A DNA stretch of 64,000 nt, taken from Phycisphaerae bacterium (GTDB taxonomy: Bacteria > Planctomycetota > Phycisphaerae > UBA1845 > JANYLN01). The DNA lies in NCBI GenBank assembly GCA_041687575.1, contig JAWLBS010000001.1:2700-66699 (forward strand), written 5' to 3'. Shown in pieces: positions 53,911 through 63,056 of the stretch (its first letter is position 1; the number at the start of each line of letters is the position of its first letter). Under the pieces are notes generated by a model. It saw only the letters and a list, made by a program, of their open reading frames with translations. It did not search any database and was not told where the DNA came from. The position numbers and the translations under genes are program-made.

Positions 53911-55590
53911 ATGAGCGAGTCGTTGACGGATGGGTCGACTGAGGTGCAGGCGCGGCCGCGCAAGCGCCGCTGGCGGCGGAAAATTCTCCTGACGCTCGGG
54001 CTGCTGAAGGTTTTCGTCGTTCTCTGGATCTTCTGGCCGCTGTCATGGCCTGCCCTGAGGATCTCCCCGCAGACGACGGTAGTGACGGGACCGCTGAATC
54101 CCGACGGTACGGTCAACTACGTGGCAGCGCTCAATGCCGGACATTCCGCCGGTGTCACGGCTGGCAACAACGCGGCCACCCCCCTCTTGCGTGCATTGGG
54201 CCCTGAGGCGCTGCCGGAGGAGGTTCGCCGGACGACCCTTCAGATGCTCGGCATTGACGAATTGTCCGGGGAGGGGCAGTATTTCGTTTCTCTGGATGCG
54301 TTTCTGGCGGGCCAGGACCTGCATATGCTGCAGACTGAGGCCGAGGAGCAGGGGTGGGCATCGACCGCCATATACGCGTCTGATCGAATATTCACCGAAG
54401 CGAAAACCGGATACAGTCCGGAGATCCGTGTGCTGATCAGCCGCTGGTTGGAGGGCAATTCCACCTCACTGGAACAGGTGTCCCACGCGACCCGGCGGCC
54501 CCGTTTTTACCTGCCGTTGGTCAGTACATCAAGCCCTCCCCGTGTCATCGATGTCCTGGTTACCGGTCTTCCCGCCTTGAGAGATGTCTCCAAAGCAGTG
54601 TTTCTCCGCGGAGTCCTGCGGGTGGAGGAGGGGCAACTGGAAGAGGCTTGGGTCGATGCTGTAACGTTACATCGACTTGCTGCCCTCCCCGCACAGCAGG
54701 ACATGCTCGTTGCGCGCTTGGTCGGCATTGCAATCGATAGACTGGGCAGCGAACTGGGGCGGCGCATCGCAAACAGTCCCCGTATGTCGGCCCCTCAGGC
54801 CCGACGCATCCTGGCGCAACTTCAAGTCACTCCTGAACCTCCGATCTTTCGTGATGCGGTTGACCGGGGAGAGCGGTATATGGCGTTGGATACAGTCATG
54901 ACGTCAATGCGAACAGGCCCTGCGGGTCCGGGAGGCCCTCCGCTGCTTCTTCGGATTCCCGGGCTCGCATTGGATGTCAACGGGGTGCTGCGACGCGTCA
55001 ATCTGTGGTACGACCGCAATGCCAAGGCGTTTGAAGCCAGTAACCACATGGAGAGACAGCGATTGCTGGAGGATTCAGAGGCCGAACTGGACAAGTCTTC
55101 CAGCGATGGGTATTCCCGCATCGAATCGGTCCGCGGGTGGGCAGGGATCTTTGCAACACCGCCGTGGGCGCGCCGGCAGGAGCTGAGTACCCTTGGTGCT
55201 GATCTTGTCCTTTCCTTGGTAGCTCCCCGGCTCGCGAAAGGGGAAGACCTGTGGACGCAGGCGGTGATGGAGCGCCGTCTGGCGGTCCTCGCCTTGGCCC
55301 TGGCGGCATATCACTGCGAAAAGGGCGCCTATCCGCAATCCCTCGACGCCCTCGCACCGGACTACCTCGACGACGTGCCGCTCGACGAATTCACCGGCCA
55401 GCCTCTTCGCTACGTCTCGAACGAGCATGGCTATCTCCTCTACAGCCTCGGCCCGAACGGCAAGGACGACGGCGGCACGCCGGATGGCGACGAAATCCGC
55501 GGTGACGCAGACGACATCGTCGTCCGCGCCGGGACCGCACCCGGCTGCTCGCCCGCCGAGCCCGCCCCGAAATCGCCGGCCGGGCCCTGA
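53911..55590 (+). CDS. membrane-anchored hypothetical protein with C-terminal GspG-like (pseudopilin) domain
   Basis: Basic N-terminus plus TM (ILLTLGLLKVFVVLWIFWPL). The C-terminal AAYHCEKGAYPQSLDALAPDYLDDVPLDEFTGQPLRYVSNEHGYLLYSLGPNGKDDGG matches the globular GspG-type motif. Confidence 0.55.
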   Translation: MSESLTDGSTEVQARPRKRRWRRKILLTLGLLKVFVVLWIFWPLSWPALRISPQTTVVTGPLNPDGTVNYVAALNAGHSAGVTAGNNAATPLLRALGPEALPEEVRRTTLQMLGIDELSGEGQYFVSLDAFLAGQDLHMLQTEAEEQGWASTAIYASDRIFTEAKTGYSPEIRVLISRWLEGNSTSLEQVSHATRRPRFYLPLVSTSSPPRVIDVLVTGLPALRDVSKAVFLRGVLRVEEGQLEEAWVDAVTLHRLAALPAQQDMLVARLVGIAIDRLGSELGRRIANSPRMSAPQARRILAQLQVTPEPPIFRDAVDRGERYMALDTVMTSMRTGPAGPGGPPLLLRIPGLALDVNGVLRRVNLWYDRNAKAFEASNHMERQRLLEDSEAELDKSSSDGYSRIESVRGWAGIFATPPWARRQELSTLGADLVLSLVAPRLAKGEDLWTQAVMERRLAVLALALAAYHCEKGAYPQSLDALAPDYLDDVPLDEFTGQPLRYVSNEHGYLLYSLGPNGKDDGGTPDGDEIRGDADDIVVRAGTAPGCSPAEPAPKSPAGP

Positions 55591-55665
55591 AACATTCCAC
55601 GAGGAAACACGACTGCATCCCTGCAACAATATGATGAAGACTTACTTTGTCAGGAGGTGCTTGCG

Positions 55666-56019
55666 ATGTCGGATATACCGCCGCCGGATCGGGACGCGCG
55701 GACGTGGGCGACCCTTGCCCACCTTGGAGGGTTCGGGTTTGTCGCCTTCGGGCTTGGCCAGATCATCATTCCGCTGATCATCTGGTTGCTGAAGCGAGAC
55801 GACCACCCGTTCGTCGACGACCAGGCAAGCGAGGCGCTGAACTTCCAGCTGTCGATCACGCTGTACATGGTGATCGCCGGTGCGTTTTTCTGCCTGGGAC
55901 TCGGCCCTGTCGTCTGGATCATCCTGGGCGTGATCGACGTGGTCCTGATCATCGTCGCCGCCACACAGGCCAATGCCGGCCGGCGGTATCGGTATCCGAT
56001 GACGTTGCGGTTCATATAG
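55666..56019 (+). CDS. DUF4870-family small membrane protein
   Basis: AGGAGG before ATG 55666. TWATLAHLGG...IIPLIIWLLKRDDHPFVDDQASEALNFQLS pattern typical of DUF4870. Confidence 0.7.
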   Translation: MSDIPPPDRDARTWATLAHLGGFGFVAFGLGQIIIPLIIWLLKRDDHPFVDDQASEALNFQLSITLYMVIAGAFFCLGLGPVVWIILGVIDVVLIIVAATQANAGRRYRYPMTLRFI

Positions 56020-56450
56020 GCGCTGGGTTCTGGGGGAGCCTCAACCTGCGGTTGGAGCCAGCGCAGGGCGTTCATCAGGGGTCTGACCCCGAGTCGCACG
56101 TTTCCCAGCGGAATCAACGCCTGGATTTCGGGGCGGCCTGGACGGGGGTGCATGTCACCGGGGTCTGACCCCGTGGGCCTCGATGATACGGCCCTGACAC
56201 AGGACTGTGGCACTCGTCGGGGTTCACCGCTCCCTCACGGTCGCGGCTCGTTGGTACAGGACCGAGGCACCCCTTGCAGCGTCTTCCCAAGGGGGGCAGA
56301 CCCGGGTGAGTCCTTCAGGTGTCGGTGCCGCCAAGGGAATTGGGACCGTGGACTCGAATGTGGGCGTGTTGCCAGAGGTCAGACCCCCGGCAGGCGCCTT
56401 GCTCTGCTGTTGATCCCGGAATGCCTCCGGCGACTCGCATACGGCGTTTC
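56020..56450. repeat. intergenic repeat mosaic with GGGGTCWGACCCC hairpins
   Basis: Hairpins at 56078-56090, 56160-56172 and 56375-56388. Inverted CCGCTCCCTCACGGTCGCGGCTC module at about 56228-56250. Confidence 0.6.
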
Positions 56451-56583
56451 CCATGTCGCAACGGGCGGCGAGGGGGGATACAATTCTGATGTCGGAGTTC
56501 TCCGTTTCGCCGTGCGAAACCACAGGTACCGCGGGCGCGCGCCTGCCCGCGGTTTCAGCCGGCTTGTCAGCCGGGAGGACGAC

Positions 56584-57501
56584 ATGGAAACGACTTATTT
56601 CACCGAAACGGCGGAAGAAAAGTACGAGGTCGCAGTGGTCGAGGAACCTTACGTCGCCAAACCCGTTGCCAACTACCACTGCCGCACCGGGGAAAACCCC
56701 CTCTGGGACGAGGTCCGCCACGCGGTCCTCTGGACGGACATACCAGCCGGGCGGATCTTCGAATATGACGTCCTCACCGGCCAGCACCGCCAGATCTACA
56801 GCGGCGAGCCCGTCGGCGGGTTTACCCTGCAGGACGACGACTCGCTGCTGCTGCTGCAGAGCAACCGGATCAGCTGCATGCTGCCCAACGGGATGGTCCG
56901 GCCGGTCATCGAAGGCATCGACGACGACATGGTGCGGTTCAACGATGTGATCGCCGACGCCCACGGCCGGGTCTTCGCCGGGACGATCGGCCGGGACGAC
57001 CAGCGCGGCGGGCTTTACCGCATCGGCGTGGAAGGCACGGTAACGCCCCTTTTCAAGGGGACCGGCTGCGCCAACGGGATGGGCTTTTCGCCGGACGGGC
57101 AGTCCTTCTACTGGACGGACTCGACGGCGGGCAAGATCTTCCGTTTCCGGTACGAGCCGACGACCGGCGAGCTGCACGATCGCGAGGTCTTCGTCGCGGT
57201 GCCGAAAAAGCAGGGCACGCCGGACGGTCTGACTGTCGACATCGAAGGCTGCGTCTGGTCCGCCCGATGGGGCGGGGCGGCGGTGTATCGTTACTCGCCG
57301 TCGGGCGAGCAGATCATGAAGATCGACCTGCCCGTCGAGAAGGTCTCGTCGGTCGCCTTCGGTGGGCCGTACCTCGATGACCTGTACGTGACCACGGCCG
57401 GCGGCCAGGACGGCGCCGACACGGCCGACGGCACGCTCTACCGCATCAAGACCAGGGTGGCGGGCCGGCTGGAATTCCGGTCTCGGATCCTGACCGAGTA
57501 G
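56584..57501 (+). CDS. SMP-30/gluconolactonase/LRE-family beta-propeller protein
   Basis: Start at METTYF. GENPLWD, NDVIADAHGRVFAGT, NGMGFSPDG, PDGLTVDIEGCVWSA, LYVTTA blocks typical of the family. Confidence 0.8.
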   Translation: METTYFTETAEEKYEVAVVEEPYVAKPVANYHCRTGENPLWDEVRHAVLWTDIPAGRIFEYDVLTGQHRQIYSGEPVGGFTLQDDDSLLLLQSNRISCMLPNGMVRPVIEGIDDDMVRFNDVIADAHGRVFAGTIGRDDQRGGLYRIGVEGTVTPLFKGTGCANGMGFSPDGQSFYWTDSTAGKIFRFRYEPTTGELHDREVFVAVPKKQGTPDGLTVDIEGCVWSARWGGAAVYRYSPSGEQIMKIDLPVEKVSSVAFGGPYLDDLYVTTAGGQDGADTADGTLYRIKTRVAGRLEFRSRILTE

Positions 57502-57600
57502 GGATCCTTCACTTCGTTCAGGATGACGGCGTGTGGCGGGCGCAGCCCGCCCTACACTTCGTTCAGGACGACACTGGGGGCTGTCTGTACACCCCCGACA
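57501..57600. repeat. repeat modules downstream of the SMP-30 gene
   Basis: GGGATCCTTCACTTCGTTCAGGATGAC arm, REP GGCGGGCGCAGCCCGCCCTAC at 57535-57555, and a second CTTCGTTCAGGACGAC arm. Confidence 0.7.
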
Positions 57601-57668
57601 TTTCCGCTCGCCTGACCAATCTCATGGGGCCTATACTCATAGGGATGCTCATTCACTGAGGAGGAACC

Positions 57669-58850
57669 ATGCGAATCGCGGTTGCGACCGAGACATGCGC
57701 CGGCGAGCGACGGGTGGCGGTCATTCCCGCGGCAGTGCCGCCCCTGATCAAAGAGGGTCTGGAGGTGCTCATCCAGGCCGGTGCGGGCCGGGAGGCCGGA
57801 TTCCCGGACGCCGAATATGAGCGGCAGGGCGTCAGGCTGGTCCAGGATCGCGACGCGCTGTTCGCCGAGGCCGACGCCGTGCTGCAGGTCCGCACAGCCG
57901 GGGCCAACCCCGTTGCCGGGCAGGCCGATATCGACCGCCTCCGCCAGGGGCAGGTGGTGATTGGTATGGCCGATCCGCTGACCAGCCTCGATGCGGTCCG
58001 GCAGGTGGCCGCACGCGGCGCGACGCTCTTTGCCCTGGAACTGCTGCCGCGGATCACGCGAGCCCAGGCGATGGACGTGCTCTCGTCGATGGCGAACATC
58101 GCCGGCTACAAGGCGGTGGTGCTGGCGGCCGACACCCTTCCCAAAATGCTGCCCATGATGATGACCGCGGCCGGGACGGTCCGTCCGGCCCGCGTGCTGG
58201 TTATCGGCGCGGGGGTGGCGGGGTTGCAGGCCATCGCCACGGCGCAGCGGCTCGGGGCGGTGGTGCAGGGCTACGACATCCGCCCGGCCGTCAAGGAGCA
58301 GGTTGAGAGCCTCGGGGCCCGGTTCGTGGAACTGGCCTTGCAGACCGGCAAGGCCGAGGCGGCCGGCGGCTATGCACGGGCGATGGACGAAGAGTTCTAC
58401 CGCAAACAGCGCGAACTGCTCGGGCGGGTCGTGGCCGAGAGCGACGTGGTGGTCACCACCGCGGCCGTGCCGGGGGCGCCGGCGCCGAAGCTGGTGACAG
58501 CCGAGATGGTCGAGGGCATGGCCCCCGGGTCGGTGATTGTGGACGTCGCCGCCGAGCGCGGAGGCAACTGCGAGCTGACCCAGCCGGGCGAGACGGTCGA
58601 GCGACACGGGGTGACGATCATCGGGGCATCGAACCTGCCCGCGATGGTGCCGTACCACGCCAGCCAGATGTACGCCCGCAACATCACAACATTTTTGCTG
58701 AATCTGTACAAGGACGGGCAGCTGCGGGTGGATGCGGACGACGAGATCATCCGCGAGACGCTTGTCTGCCGCGGTGGCGAGGTGGTCAACCCGCGGGTGC
58801 GCGAGCGGCTGGAGCAGCCGGCGGAGCGGACGCCGGACTCCTCGGCGTGA
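57669..58850 (+). CDS. pntAA: NAD(P) transhydrogenase alpha subunit, part 1 (dI domain)
   Basis: GAGGAGG SD. AlaDH/PNT-type domains. VLVIGAGVAGLQAIATAQRLGA Rossmann motif. Confidence 0.9.
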   Translation: MRIAVATETCAGERRVAVIPAAVPPLIKEGLEVLIQAGAGREAGFPDAEYERQGVRLVQDRDALFAEADAVLQVRTAGANPVAGQADIDRLRQGQVVIGMADPLTSLDAVRQVAARGATLFALELLPRITRAQAMDVLSSMANIAGYKAVVLAADTLPKMLPMMMTAAGTVRPARVLVIGAGVAGLQAIATAQRLGAVVQGYDIRPAVKEQVESLGARFVELALQTGKAEAAGGYARAMDEEFYRKQRELLGRVVAESDVVVTTAAVPGAPAPKLVTAEMVEGMAPGSVIVDVAAERGGNCELTQPGETVERHGVTIIGASNLPAMVPYHASQMYARNITTFLLNLYKDGQLRVDADDEIIRETLVCRGGEVVNPRVRERLEQPAERTPDSSA

Positions 58851-59063
58851 GGGAGGCCGCGCATCATCCGGTTGCGTGGACAGGGGGTCAGACCCCGGCG
58901 GATTGTGCAGGGCGGGGGCGGGCCTTGAGGAGTCTGGCGCCGGGTTGGCGTTGGGGCTTGGGCGTTGGGGTCAGACCCCCAGGAGGCCCGGCAGCGCCCC
59001 GTATCCGGCTTCATCAGGACATTGTTCTGAAGGTAAAGGGTCGAGCCGTGGCAAGGTGAGGAT

Positions 59064-59345
59064 ATGGAACAGCTGATTCTGCTACTTACAATCTTCGTTC
59101 TGGCGATCTTTGTGGGCTTCGAGATCATCACCAAGGTGCCCCCGACGCTGCACACGCCGCTGATGTCCGGCTCGAACGCCATCAGCGGCATCACGGTCGT
59201 CGGGGCGATTCTCTCGGCCGGCACGCAGTACAGCTGGCTGACGACGACGCTGGGCTTTATCGCGATCGTGATGGCGACGGTCAACGTCGTGGGCGGGTAC
59301 ATGGTGACGCACCGGATGCTGTCGATGTTCCGGGGGAGGCGCTGA
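59064..59345 (+). CDS. pntAB: NAD(P) transhydrogenase alpha subunit, part 2 (membrane dII-alpha)
   Basis: 93 aa, three TM helices, SGSNAISGI motif. The stop overlaps the pntB start. Confidence 0.85.
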   Translation: MEQLILLLTIFVLAIFVGFEIITKVPPTLHTPLMSGSNAISGITVVGAILSAGTQYSWLTTTLGFIAIVMATVNVVGGYMVTHRMLSMFRGRR

Positions 59346-60784
59346 TGATGATGGCGACAGTCGCACCGGCGATCGAAGGGGCGGGCTGGCACCTGCCGCA
59401 GGTGCTGGTCAACCTGGCGTACCTGGTGGCGTCGGTGCTGTTCATCCTCGGCCTGAAGGGGCTGACGCACCCGCGGACGGCGATGCGAGGCAACGCGATG
59501 TCGGCGGCGGGCATGCTGCTGGCGATCGTGGTCACGCTGCTGCACTGGCAGATCGTCGGTTACACCGTCGTGGTCATCGGACTGGTGGTCGGGGCGGCGA
59601 TCGGGGCGTCGCTGGCGATTTTCGCAAAGATGACAGCCATGCCGCAGATGGTGGCCCTTCTCAACGGTTTCGGGGGCGGGGCGTCAGCGGTGGTGGCGGG
59701 CGCGGCGGTGATGGAGGTGCCCGAGCCGTCGGGGCAGCTGCTGGTGGCGACGGTGATTTCGGGTCTGATCGGGGCGGTGACGTTCTGGGGCAGCCTGGTG
59801 GCATTCGGCAAGCTGCAGGATCTGCAGTTTCTGCGCAAGCCGGTGGCGTTTCCCGCCCAGCAGGCGGCTAACGCGGGGCTGTTCGTCCTGACGGTCGCGG
59901 TGGCGGCGTTGGCGGTCGGCTACGAGTCGATCCCGCTGTACTGGGTGATGCTGATCCCCGCGGCGGTCCTGGGCGTGCTGCTGGTGATCCCGATCGGCGG
60001 GGCCGACATGCCGGTGGTGGTGTCGCTGCTGAACTCATATTCGGGTCTGGCGGCGGCGGCGACCGGGTTCGTGCTCAACAACAACATGCTGATCATCGCC
60101 GGTTCGCTGGTCGGGGCGTCGGGGCTGATCCTGACGCGGATCATGTGCCGGGCGATGAACCGCTCGCTGACAAACGTCCTGTTCGGCACGCTCGGACCGA
60201 CCGCCGAGACCACGCCGCAGGAAGAGGTCTACGCCGGCAAGATCAAGTCGACCTCGGCCGAGGAGGTCGCGATGCTGTTGGAGGACGCCCGGCGGGTGGT
60301 GATCGTGCCGGGCTACGGGCTGGCGGTCTCGCAGGCCCAGCACGCGGTCCGCGACCTGACAAGCCAGCTCGAGGCGATGGGCATTGACGTGGAGTTCGCG
60401 ATCCACCCGGTGGCCGGCCGGATGCCGGGGCACATGAACGTACTGCTGGCCGAGGTGAACATCCCGTACGAGAAGCTGCTGGAGCTGGAGCCGGCCAACG
60501 CCCTTCTGGAGCAGACGGACGTGGCGATCGTGATCGGGGCCAATGACGTGGTCAACCCCGAGGCCCGGACCAATCCCAACAGTCCGATCGCCGGCATGCC
60601 GATCCTGAATGTAGACAAGGCCCGCACGGTGGTGGTCATCAAGCGGAGCCTGAGCCCCGGTTTTGCGGGGATCCCCAACCCCCTGTTCGCGGCGGACAAC
60701 ACGCTGATGTACTTTGCCGATGGCAAACAGGCCCTGCTCGGGCTGATTGGGGCGGTCAAAGAGGGCAAGGCCGGCGTCGGGTAG
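59345..60784 (+). CDS. pntB: NAD(P) transhydrogenase beta subunit
   Basis: N-terminal polytopic membrane domain, then a C-terminal dIII NADP(H)-binding domain (VPGYGLAVSQAQH, HPVAGRMPGHMNVLLAE, GANDVVNP). Confidence 0.9.
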   Translation: MMMATVAPAIEGAGWHLPQVLVNLAYLVASVLFILGLKGLTHPRTAMRGNAMSAAGMLLAIVVTLLHWQIVGYTVVVIGLVVGAAIGASLAIFAKMTAMPQMVALLNGFGGGASAVVAGAAVMEVPEPSGQLLVATVISGLIGAVTFWGSLVAFGKLQDLQFLRKPVAFPAQQAANAGLFVLTVAVAALAVGYESIPLYWVMLIPAAVLGVLLVIPIGGADMPVVVSLLNSYSGLAAAATGFVLNNNMLIIAGSLVGASGLILTRIMCRAMNRSLTNVLFGTLGPTAETTPQEEVYAGKIKSTSAEEVAMLLEDARRVVIVPGYGLAVSQAQHAVRDLTSQLEAMGIDVEFAIHPVAGRMPGHMNVLLAEVNIPYEKLLELEPANALLEQTDVAIVIGANDVVNPEARTNPNSPIAGMPILNVDKARTVVVIKRSLSPGFAGIPNPLFAADNTLMYFADGKQALLGLIGAVKEGKAGVG

Positions 60785-60962
60785 GCGGGACAGGCGAAAG
60801 GCGCGGGCCTGCATCCTCGCCGGGCGGCGCAGCCCGGCTTGCCCCAATAATTTGCGCCCGTGGTTCTGGCTTTGGCGCCGCCTCACGGGTAACATTCGTA
60901 GGCCATTCTCGACAACAATACAGGCTTTGGCGGCGCAAAAGGTGAAATGTAAGGAGCGGACA

Positions 60963-62882
60963 ATGACATTCAGAGGGAAGGTTCTTGCAGTCGTTGCACT
61001 CAGCGGTCTTTTGATCGCCCCGCAGGTCGGGCTCGCACAGCCGGCCCCGCAGGCGGCGGCCCCGGCGACCAGGCCGGCATCATCGATCCTCGACGCCGCC
61101 CCGGCCGATGCCTGGGCCGTTATAGGGGCGAACGACCTCGGGAAATTGGACACCCAGGTTATGAGCCTCGGGCAGAAACTGGGCCTGCCGATCTTTTTCG
61201 CCCCGTCGGGGCTGGTCCAGATGGGCCTGGGCATCACCCAGGGTTTCGCCCCGTCCAAGGGCATTGCCGTGATCGTGCTGAACCCCACCAAGTACGCCGG
61301 CGCGGCCAACCTGGGCATGTTCGCCAATGTGCCCATGCCGGTCGTGCTGGCCCTGGGCACGAACAACGCCGAAGCCCTGGTCGAATCGCTGGGCGGCCGG
61401 CAGACCGAAACGCCGGGTGTCTGGTCGGTCATGCTCCAGCAGGAGCCGGCCTACGCCGCGCTCAAGAGCGGTTACCTTCTGCTTAGCGGCAGTACGGATA
61501 TTGTGGCGGCCCTGGCCGCCTCGGGCGCCGCGGCGACCCAGCCCGTCGCCCAGGCCCTCAAGCCCGGCATGATCGATTACGTCAAGGGCTCCGACATCTT
61601 CATCTACGTCAACACAAAGGCCGCGATGGCCACCTACGGGCCCGTGCTCAAGGGCCTGCTGGCGTTCGCGGCCGCCGCCGCGCAGGGTGCCCAGGGGCAG
61701 GCCGGAACCGATACGGCCGGTCCGAACATGGCCATGGCCGGGGCGGCTTACGTCGACGTGGTCACCGAGCAGGTGGATCAGTTGCTCGTCTGGCTGGACC
61801 TCGATGCAACCGGGCTCGACCTTTCGGCCCTGGTGACCTTCCAGCCCGACACGGTCCTGCAGAAGGCGTTCGCCGCCGCCAAGCCGAGCGGCAAGCCATT
61901 GCTGGCCGCCTTGCCGGGCGGATCGTATGTCATCGTGGGCGGCCAGGAGCGGACGGGCAAGCAGTACACCCGCGAGGTGACCGACCTGTTCACCAGGCCG
62001 TACCTCCAGGCCATGAAAACCTCGGGCGAGCCCGCGATGGTCGCCGCTGCCAAACACCAGGAGAAGGTCCAGGACCTGCAGATCCAGATCAACGAGCTGC
62101 AGCAGAGCGGCCACTTCGGCCTCTACCAGCTGCCCAAGGCGGATGAGGCGGCCGTCGGCGCCGTGCTCGTCGGCCAATTCACCGACGCAGCCAAGGCCTA
62201 CGACCTGATCAAGACCCTGGTCAAGTCGCAGGTCGACTTCGCCGCTGAGCAGGACCCCAAGGCCAAGGAATTCTCCGAGGCCGCGACCTACACCGAAGGG
62301 GTCGAGACGGTCGACGGCGCGAAGGTCAACACGCTGCTGGTCGACCTGTCGCAGCTGCCCAAGGTCGCCCAGATGCCCGAGCAGCAGGCCCAGCAGCTCG
62401 TCGAAGTGCTCAAGGCCCTGCTGGGCACCGAGGCCCTGAAAGCCCGCATCGTTGTTCGCGAAAAGGACATTGTCGTGACAGTCGGCGGCGGCGAGCCCTT
62501 CCTCAAGAACGCTCTTGCCGCGGCCAAGGCAACCAAGGCCCCGCTGACGACACAGCCGGCCCTGGACAAGGTCATGAGCCACCTGCCGAAAGACCGCATC
62601 GTGGCGTTCTACCTTTCGGCTGAAAACGGGCTTCAGGTCGCCGATGTGATTGCCAAGGCGATGGGCCAGCCCGGCGTGCCCGTTCAGCCCGGCCAGACCA
62701 GCGCGCCCCTTGCCGCTGCCATGGTTTACGATCCGCTGGGCATGCACGTGACTCTCTACGTGCCGATCGACCTGATGGTCAACATCAAGGGCATGGTCAA
62801 CCAGGGGATGATGCAGCAGCAACAGAGTCCCCGGCCCGGCCAGCCCGGCCAGCCGGCCCCGATGCCCCAGCCGGAATTCTAG
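60963..62882 (+). CDS. hypothetical secreted protein (about 640 aa, Ala/Gln-rich, Pro/Gln-rich tail)
   Basis: AAGGAG SD before ATG 60963. Signal peptide MTFRGKVLAVVALSGLLIAPQVGLAQ. No motif recognised. Confidence 0.55.
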   Translation: MTFRGKVLAVVALSGLLIAPQVGLAQPAPQAAAPATRPASSILDAAPADAWAVIGANDLGKLDTQVMSLGQKLGLPIFFAPSGLVQMGLGITQGFAPSKGIAVIVLNPTKYAGAANLGMFANVPMPVVLALGTNNAEALVESLGGRQTETPGVWSVMLQQEPAYAALKSGYLLLSGSTDIVAALAASGAAATQPVAQALKPGMIDYVKGSDIFIYVNTKAAMATYGPVLKGLLAFAAAAAQGAQGQAGTDTAGPNMAMAGAAYVDVVTEQVDQLLVWLDLDATGLDLSALVTFQPDTVLQKAFAAAKPSGKPLLAALPGGSYVIVGGQERTGKQYTREVTDLFTRPYLQAMKTSGEPAMVAAAKHQEKVQDLQIQINELQQSGHFGLYQLPKADEAAVGAVLVGQFTDAAKAYDLIKTLVKSQVDFAAEQDPKAKEFSEAATYTEGVETVDGAKVNTLLVDLSQLPKVAQMPEQQAQQLVEVLKALLGTEALKARIVVREKDIVVTVGGGEPFLKNALAAAKATKAPLTTQPALDKVMSHLPKDRIVAFYLSAENGLQVADVIAKAMGQPGVPVQPGQTSAPLAAAMVYDPLGMHVTLYVPIDLMVNIKGMVNQGMMQQQQSPRPGQPGQPAPMPQPEF

Positions 62883-62942
62883 GCCGGCCAGGCAAAGCGA
62901 GGCTGCAGCCCCCAGCAGTCCTCACAGGCAGCAAAAAGAGCA

Positions 62943-62978
62943 ACGGAGGGCGACGCATCGCGTCGCCCTCCGTTTTTT
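62943..62978. terminator. bidirectional intrinsic terminator between convergent genes
   Basis: AACGGAGGGCGACGC / GCGTCGCCCTCCGTT perfect stem with TTTTTT on the plus side and an A-run upstream (T-run on the minus strand). Confidence 0.7.
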
Positions 62979-63010
62979 GGCTGTCTTCTCGCGGGACTTC
63001 CGTCGGGTGT

Positions 63011-63046
63011 CATATCTGTGTAATCTGCGAAATCCGCGGATAGCGG
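63011..63046. repeat. repeat module (CGCAGATTTCGCAGAT family)
   Basis: CATATCTGTGTAATCTGCGAAATCCGCGGATAGCGG. Related copies at about 5262-5335, 8628-8710 and 11295-11330. Confidence 0.6.
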
Positions 63047-63056
63047 TTTCCGGCCG

